Source: Octopus sinensis (taxonomy: Eukaryota). From it: a stretch of 64,000 nucleotides of DNA. Shown in pieces: positions 57,452 to 64,000 of this stretch (positions within the stretch are counted from its first letter, which is position 1; each line of letters opens with the position of its first letter). A program made the translations under genes and the position numbers. Below the pieces are notes generated by a model. That model searched no databases, had not been told where the DNA came from, and saw nothing but the letters and a program-made list of their open reading frames with translations. The DNA lies in contig NC_042997.1 in assembly GCF_006345805.1 (NCBI RefSeq), forward strand, positions 208,010,001 to 208,074,000, in the 5' to 3' direction.

Positions 57452-58712
57452 TAGCAGAGATACCCGGCGTTGCCCTGTTACATTCAATTGAAGAATTAGA
57501 CTTTTCTGTTATATATATATGGATACACACACACACACACACATATATATATGTATATTAATATAAATACATGAAAGTACATGAAGTTTGTTAAAAAAAA
57601 AAGGGGATCATGTATATACCTCCTGGCTGTTGAGATTATAACACCTCGTTGTAAACAATGTTTCTTGTTTTTCCTTGTGGAGCATATACAAAAAGGTTTC
57701 TTTTGGTTCCTATTCTTGAGCAGCCAACATACAGTTGCCCATGCGAGAAGCAGGGCTCTTCCAAGAGAAGACCAGCTACAGAGAGGGTTTGACCCTGAGA
57801 TTTGTTAATGGACATGGCAAAGCTGACACGAAGGGGGAATTGCAGTCTTCTGGATGTAAATGGAATTTCTGCTCCTGATGGAGTAAGAGGAATTCTTGGA
57901 ATAAAGACGTCATCACCTTTTCCACATCCAGAAAGAATGATCGCCTCGATAACGTGTGACATCATTTTCTTTATCACCAGTCGTGTTCCATTGCAAAGTA
58001 TTGGTGGTTCCAGATTGCGGAGTAGCATTACAGGAGTTCCAACTTTAAGTGCTAATATGTGTGGAGGTAGTCCAGGAGGCTCCAGTGAATTGAGAAATTC
58101 AGGAGGATAGTTCACAACTTCATTTATATCTGGAATTGTATTAACAGACTTGTAAGTGTGTATAGTGCCGGGAAGAGAATGCATTAGCTGTTGATTAATT
58201 TTGTTAACAGCGACGTTTTTTGGAGCTAATATTGCTCTTTCACATAGCCAATTGATGCAATTTTATACGAATTGCTAATACACATACACACACACACATA
58301 ATAAGGGTGAAAAATTGAATATTAATTTGATTAATATGAATTGAAAACCAGAGGTGTAGCATATAAGACCATAGCGGATCTTCTTCTAGCAAAAAGGATG
58401 ACCACTTGTTAATGGTTCATCTCTGTTACATAATACTTTCAGTTTAATAGTTTCAGTATTAAAATGAAAGTGTCTGCATTACAATAGAGAGATGTTTTTA
58501 TTTCACTTTTAACATGTAATACTGAAATAGTGGAGAAAATCTTATATTGCTGTGGGGTCGCCCTAGGGAAAAAATTAAAATTTTTTTGCCGATGACATTC
58601 CCTGGACCTTAAGTAAGGCATGTGTAAAATTTGAATGAAATTGGTTGTGTAGTTCTCAAGTTTTAGGGAAACGCACAGACAGACACACATTCTCAGTTTT
58701 ATATATATAGAG
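57451..58712 (-). mobile_element. Non-autonomous Helitron, about 1.26 kb, with both termini
   Basis: 5' TCtatatatataaaactgag; 3' GC-rich cagggcaacgccggg then tatctctgCTAG|T(AT)n; carries a Pif1 helicase C-terminal fragment. Confidence 0.88.
57636..58270 (-). pseudogene. Helitron Pif1-family helicase C-terminal fragment
   Basis: ERAILAPKN, YPPEFLNSLEPPGLPPH, LLRNL...CNGTRL, QFPLRVSFAMSINKSQGQT, FSHGQLYVGCSR. Confidence 0.92.
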
Positions 58713-58719
58713 ATGGTAT

Positions 58720-59432
58720 CAGGGGGAGAGGTAGTCAAGTATGACCTTTGAGCACTGGGCCTCACAGAGGCAATGACGAAGGACCGAGATCTCTGGAGAT
58801 ATGCTGTGACTGCAAAGACCCAGGCTGCTTCCTGCACCAGTTTCGTATAGCCCCAGCCCATCCAAAGTACCTTGGATTGCAGAACATCCTGCTGTGCTTA
58901 CCTTGGCTCATAGAGTGACCTGCTGTGCTTGAGGAGACCTATTGAGTCAGGTACATCAATATCAATATCAAAACAAATATTGAATGGAAATTGCAGTTAC
59001 AACACCTGTGCCAGCAGCACGTAAAAAACACCATCTGAACGTGGCCGATGCCAGCACTGCCTTGACTGGCTTCTGTGCCGGTGGCACATGACCTGCTGTG
59101 CTTGAGGAGACTTATTGAGTCCAGTACATCAACATCAAAATAAATATCAAATGGAAATTGTAGTTGTGGTCCCTCTGCCGGTGGCACGTAAAAAGCACCA
59201 TCTGAACGTGGCCAATACCAGCGTCACCTTAACTGGCTTCTGTGCCGGTGGCACGTAAAAGCACCAACTGATCGTGGCCACTGCCAGCCGCCCCCTGGCA
59301 CCTGTGCAGGTGGCACGTAAAAGGCACCCACTACACTCTCAGAGTGGTTGGCATTAGGAAGGGCATCCAGCCGTAGAAACATTGCCAGATCAGACTGGGC
59401 CTAGTGCAGCCTTCTGGCTTCCCAGACCTCAG
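58720..59432 (+). mobile_element. RTE-related 3' fragment with an internal duplication of about 170 bp
   Basis: ORF-end remnant gaccgagatctctggagatatgctgtg; gacctgctgtgcttgaggagac at 58917 and 59090; VNTR units; ggcattaggaagggcatcc. Confidence 0.8.
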
Positions 59433-59559
59433 TTCTCAACCATAATTTGTTCTGAAAGTTTGATTGAAAACCAAATTACTTGAGAACCAAATCATATTTT
59501 CCCCATTACAATTAATATAAAAGAGATTAATTCACTTCCACACACCAGATAAATGCATA

Positions 59560-59975
59560 TTTTGATTGATTGATTGGTTGATTCTAGTTTCAGCTCATGA
59601 GCTGTGGCCATGCTGGGGCACCGCCATTTGGTGTTGCTACATGGTTTTACTTCACGAATGCTTTTTAGCAACTGCCATTTGGTGCATGAGAGAGTTCGAT
59701 GCAGCTGCCCTCATCTGCACCTCCTGCCGTGAAGTTGGTTCATCTGGGATACCTGACAAGAAGAGATCCAGTTTCATTTTAAAGACATCTGCATCCACCC
59801 CATGCAGGTCTCTTAGGTTCTTCGGGAGGATATTGAAGAGCTGTGGGCCTCAGAAGCCCAGGCTATCACAGTATCTTGTCCTACATCTTGATGGCAAATT
59901 TGGAGTCCTTGGCACCATGCAGTGGCGCCCAGTTCTGGCATTGTGTAACTCTCGATGCCAAAGTTTGGGACATTT
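59560..59975 (-). mobile_element. CR1/L2-group LINE 3' fragment with (CAAT)n tail
   Basis: Minus strand GPQLFNILPKNLRDLHGVDADVFKMKLDLFLSGIPDEP. Confidence 0.7.
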
Positions 59976-60039
59976 ACATGCTTACACTATATATTTTGGT
60001 ATAAAAATGTTTATTCAAACTGTTATTACAATGCAAAAG

Positions 60040-61468
60040 TGTGTTATTTCTAAGAAGGGGAATGTCCTTCCATAAATCTTCTGGTAACTGTCTTTCGGTG
60101 GGGCTTTTCCCTTCTCTGTCTCTTTGGCTCAGGTAAATCTTTCTCTGGGGTTTCTTTTCTTTCAGTAAAAACCTGTCCAATGTTGTAAAATTTTTCTAAA
60201 ATGGGACATGACACTGTCATTGAAAAGGTTTACTGCTTCTATTTGCTACCACTATATCAGGGTGATATTTTCCAACTTAGCACAAATTTCTTTGATTGAA
60301 GAACTTGGGGCATCCTTCTTTCCTTCCTCTTCCTCAAAAGACGTACGAGCTCTTTGGTGTAAGCTCAGTATGCTGGTCTTTCACCAGCTCTTCAATATCT
60401 TCACTGTCGACATCCAAGCCCATAGTTTTTCCCACAGAGACAATATCATCAACAAATAGCAATTTCCTCGACAGTAGCAGTACTTGTAGCTGTCTCAAAC
60501 CCCTCAAAGCCTTGTTCTGGTACACAGTCTGGTCAAAGTTTCCTCCATGCTGAATTCATGGTTCTGTAACTCACTTGGGCCCATGCATTATCAATAAGAT
60601 TAACACAATTTTTCCAAAATCCTCTGAGAATTAACTGAGTGTCATTAGTGACTTGAAAACACTTTTGAAACAGGGCTTTTGTGTAAAGTTTCCTAAAGTT
60701 TGCAATGACCTTATTGATCCATTGGTTGTATTAGAGGAGTTGTGTTAGGTGGAAGGTATTTGACCTGAATAAAATTAAACTCTTCAACTAAGTCATCCTC
60801 CAAACCTGGAGGCTGAGAGGGAGCATTGTCTAACACAAGAAGGCATTTTAGTGGCAATTTTTTTCTTGCAGATATTTTTCAACACTCAGAGCAAAAGATT
60901 CATGAATCCACTCAATTAAAAATAGCCTGGTTACCCAAGCCTTCATATTAGCCCACCACATAACAGGCAATTTACTCTTCATAACATTGTTTCTTTTGAA
61001 AACTCTTGGATTATCCGAATGGTAAACAGGCAATGGCTTGACCTTGAAAGTGCCACTTGCATTGCCACATAGCAAAAGAGTGAGTCTATCTTTCATTGGC
61101 TTGTGCCCTGGCAACACTTTTCCTTCTTTAGCAATATAGGTCCTATTTGGCATTCGTTTCCAAAATAGTCTCGTTTCATCCCCATTATACACCTGTTGGG
61201 GGAGATAACCTCCTTCTTTTATCAAGTCACTAAACTCAATCACAAATTTCTCAGCTACTTCCTTGTTTGAACTCACTGCCTCTCCATGCCAAATTACACT
61301 GTACATTTCCCTTCTCTTCCTAAATTCCTCAAACCGGCCTCTGCTAGCTTTGAATTCAAAAGTAACACTTTCAGCATCTGTACCAGGGGTTTTCTTTACT
61401 AGATTGTTATAAATTTCTAATGCTTCACTGATACTGTCACCTGCTAACTGTTTCTCATTTACAAAAAT
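60040..61468 (-). mobile_element. Tigger/pogo-family DNA transposon fragment (CENP-B/DDE_1 transposase)
   Basis: QLAGDSISEA, FKASRGRF, WHGEAVS, YNGDETRLFWKRMP, KDRLTLLLCGNASG, GLDVDSEDIEELV; TIRs not seen. Confidence 0.88.
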
Positions 61469-61477
61469 AAGCAGAAG

Positions 61478-62806
61478 GACTGATTCTATGAGATCCTTTT
61501 GAAGACCACCTCAACAACAAATGACAGAGACTTCGTTATTGTAGCTGGTGACTTCAATGGACATGTGAACAGCAACCCCTGGATTCCAGGGAGTGCAGGG
61601 GGGGCTATGGTTTTGAACCTATAAATGAGGAGGAAAAAAGACTGCTGGAGTTCTGTGATGCAAATGATCTCATGATCTGCAACACTAACTTCAAAAAACC
61701 AGGCAGCCACCTAATCACTTATCAGTCTGGTGAGCACATAAGCCAGATTGACTACCTCTTCACCAGGCAACAAAATAGATGGATGCTTAAAAATGCAAAG
61801 TCTTTCACAGGTGAAGAATGTACAACCTGACATAGGTTACTAGTTAGTGACTTCAGAATTAGAGGTAGAAAGCCTCAGAGAAATGAACCAATCTGAAAAA
61901 GAAGACTATGGAAGCTCAAAGACCCAGCAAACAGACAAAAATTTAGAGATTTGCTAATGGAAGCTTCTGACGAAAGTGAGGAAGAGTTGGGGACATACAG
62001 TTTAGAGGACAATTGGAAGATCCTGTGGGACAATCTACTGAGGGCTACACGGGGAATCTGTGGTTAATGCAGAGTCTCAGCCAGACCAAGGGTGACATGA
62101 TGGTGGAACAAGGAAGTAGACAGAACTATAAAAGCAAAGAGACAAGCCTGAAAGGACTGGGAAAATGGTGGAAGAAGAGAATTACATCAGGTAGCCAAAA
62201 GAGCAGCTGGGCGTCAGGTTTACGTTGCGAAAAATGTAGCAGAAGGTAAGAGATCAGCAAATGTTATAGAAGGTGAGGTGTTCAGAATTGCAAAGAGATG
62301 TGGTGGGTGAGAAATGTGTGCGAATGGATAATGGTATGCTTGCAGTCAGTGACTCTGAGAAGAAAGACGCATGGAAGGGTCAGTATGAAAGGGTTAGTAA
62401 ATGTGGGAAATGAATGGGTGAATAGGGGTTTACCAAATATTGAGCCAGTTGAGGGACCAACCATCACAGTTGATAGCAGCATAATGGATAAGGCAATTGA
62501 GGAGAGGAAGACAGGGAAAGCCCCTGGGTGGTCCATCGGGAATCACTGTTGAGATTATTAAAATCAGGCTATTCAGGTGGGGGGGTCACCATCCCCAACG
62601 ACTGGTGTAGTAGCGTTATAGGTAGCTGCTATAAGGGTTATAGGTGACGCCTTAGATAGAAACAACTACAGAGATATTAAAGTGATAGACCAAGTCATGA
62701 AAGGTACTGAGAGGGTTGTATTTCATGTGATTAGAAATAGAATTAAACTAGATGAGATGCAGTTTGGTTTTGTAGCTGGGAAGAGTACCACAGAAGCCAT
62801 CTTCAT
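61478..62806 (+). mobile_element. Old RTE LINE fragment (APE C-part and RT N-part)
   Basis: VAGDFNGHV, LLEFCDANDLMICNT, SQIDY, QFGFVAGKSTTEAIF. Confidence 0.85.
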
Positions 62807-64000
62807 TCTTCGTGGATATCCCCTGACCACTATCCACACTGCCCTTGCCAGAGCACATTCCATGGACCATTCATGTGCTCTCTCTCTCTCTCCACACCCA
62901 CCACGCTGTTACCCATCTCCCGTTTCCCCTCACCTACCTGCCTCTCCAATGCACCATTCTCCAAGCCTTCCAGCAACTCCAGTCCAACCCCTCCACTTTT
63001 CACATCTTCCCCAACCTACCCTTCCCCCTCTTCAAACAAGCCCACAACCTACATGACCTCCTGGTCCACAGTTTCTTCCCTAACCCAACCTCCTAACCTG
63101 GCTTGTTCCCCGGCTCCCACCCATGCTACCACACTTGACCCTACTTCTCTAACACCACCATCCTCACAGGCATCCATCATCATCCCTATCATATCACTGA
63201 CTCCTTTACCTGCACTTCTAGCAACGTCATTTACTGCATCTCCTGCACTTTCTGTCTTCTCTATACATCAGTCAAACAGGACACTGCTTGGCTGACTGGT
63301 TCGTGGAACACCTCCAAGACATTAGACTTGGCAATGACACCCTGGTCTCATACCATTTCTGCTCTACCGGTCATTCATTACAACACCTGTCTGTGTTCAG
63401 ATTGTCCTGCACAGGAATCTTCCAGACTCCTGCCTTTGCCGTGAACAGGAATTAATCTTCTCTCTTCGCTCTTTTGCAACACATGGGCTCAACTCTCCTC
63501 CCCTCTTCATCTGACTTTCCTCCTCTCCCCTCTCTTCACTCCCACCCACCTCTCCTCTCCTCTCTTTGCTCCTGCTCATCTTCTCCCTTCATCATTATCC
63601 TCCATCCACATCCCTACACATCCCAACCCAATCCCACCCCACACATCCCACATACCCCACACCCAACATCTCCACACTACATCGCACCACCCTACACACA
63701 CTAGTATTGACCACTTCCAAGCACCCACACCACACCACCGTGCACACACTAGCGCTGACTTCTTCCCAGACCTACACCATCATCCACATACCCACACATC
63801 AAGGTTACCAGCCCCAATCCACACGCACACACTTACATGCTCTCACATACACACACACGTGTACCTTTGTTTTGGCATCACCACTACTTAATTATCTCCC
63901 CTTCTTCCTAGCTCTCCTGTCTGACCATCTCCATCCAGGCAGCTGCTATGATCGATCGCTAGCCACTAAAGCTTTTTTTATCCTCTCTCTGTTTATTTTC
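62807..64000 (+). mobile_element. Penelope-like element P3, second copy, continuing past the window end
   Basis: LRGYPLTTI; FTCTSSNVIYCISC; homologous to 41320-41650 (minus) and to the CA-rich 3' region at 40640-41100. Confidence 0.88.

Overview
AT-rich eukaryotic genomic DNA made almost entirely of nested transposable elements and microsatellites. The repeat families and the (TA)n/(TAA)n/(GAT)n tracts look like an octopus or other cephalopod genome (inference, not verified). No complete host gene, rRNA, genuine tRNA or CRISPR array is supported; only two small candidate minus-strand exons near 14 kb. Contents: (i) five R4/Dong-like non-LTR retrotransposons (RT plus restriction-like endonuclease), all on +, tied to TAA tracts, one with an open 807-aa RT-CCHC-RLE frame; (ii) a 27 x 125-bp satellite with higher-order structure and short fold-back junctions at both ends; (iii) a young Penelope-like element (PLE) inserted in (TA)n as a 7.9-kb structure with 2.6-kb inverted arms, plus relics of at least four other PLE families; (iv) several RTE-clade LINEs with a 61-bp VNTR in the 3' UTR, two of them 5'-truncated at the same nucleotide; (v) Helitron, mariner, Tigger/pogo, Gypsy-like, CR1-like and tRNA-SINE pieces. 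The most interesting signal is a set of PLE-associated hammerhead-ribozyme(-like) motifs: canonical CUGANGA cores with very long stem II, a U3-A8 covariant core in three identical copies, and a CUGUAGA core in two copies. All have palindromic stem III. Coordinates were read by eye and element boundaries may be off by a few bases (tens of bases for old relics). RNA folds were paired by hand, not computed.
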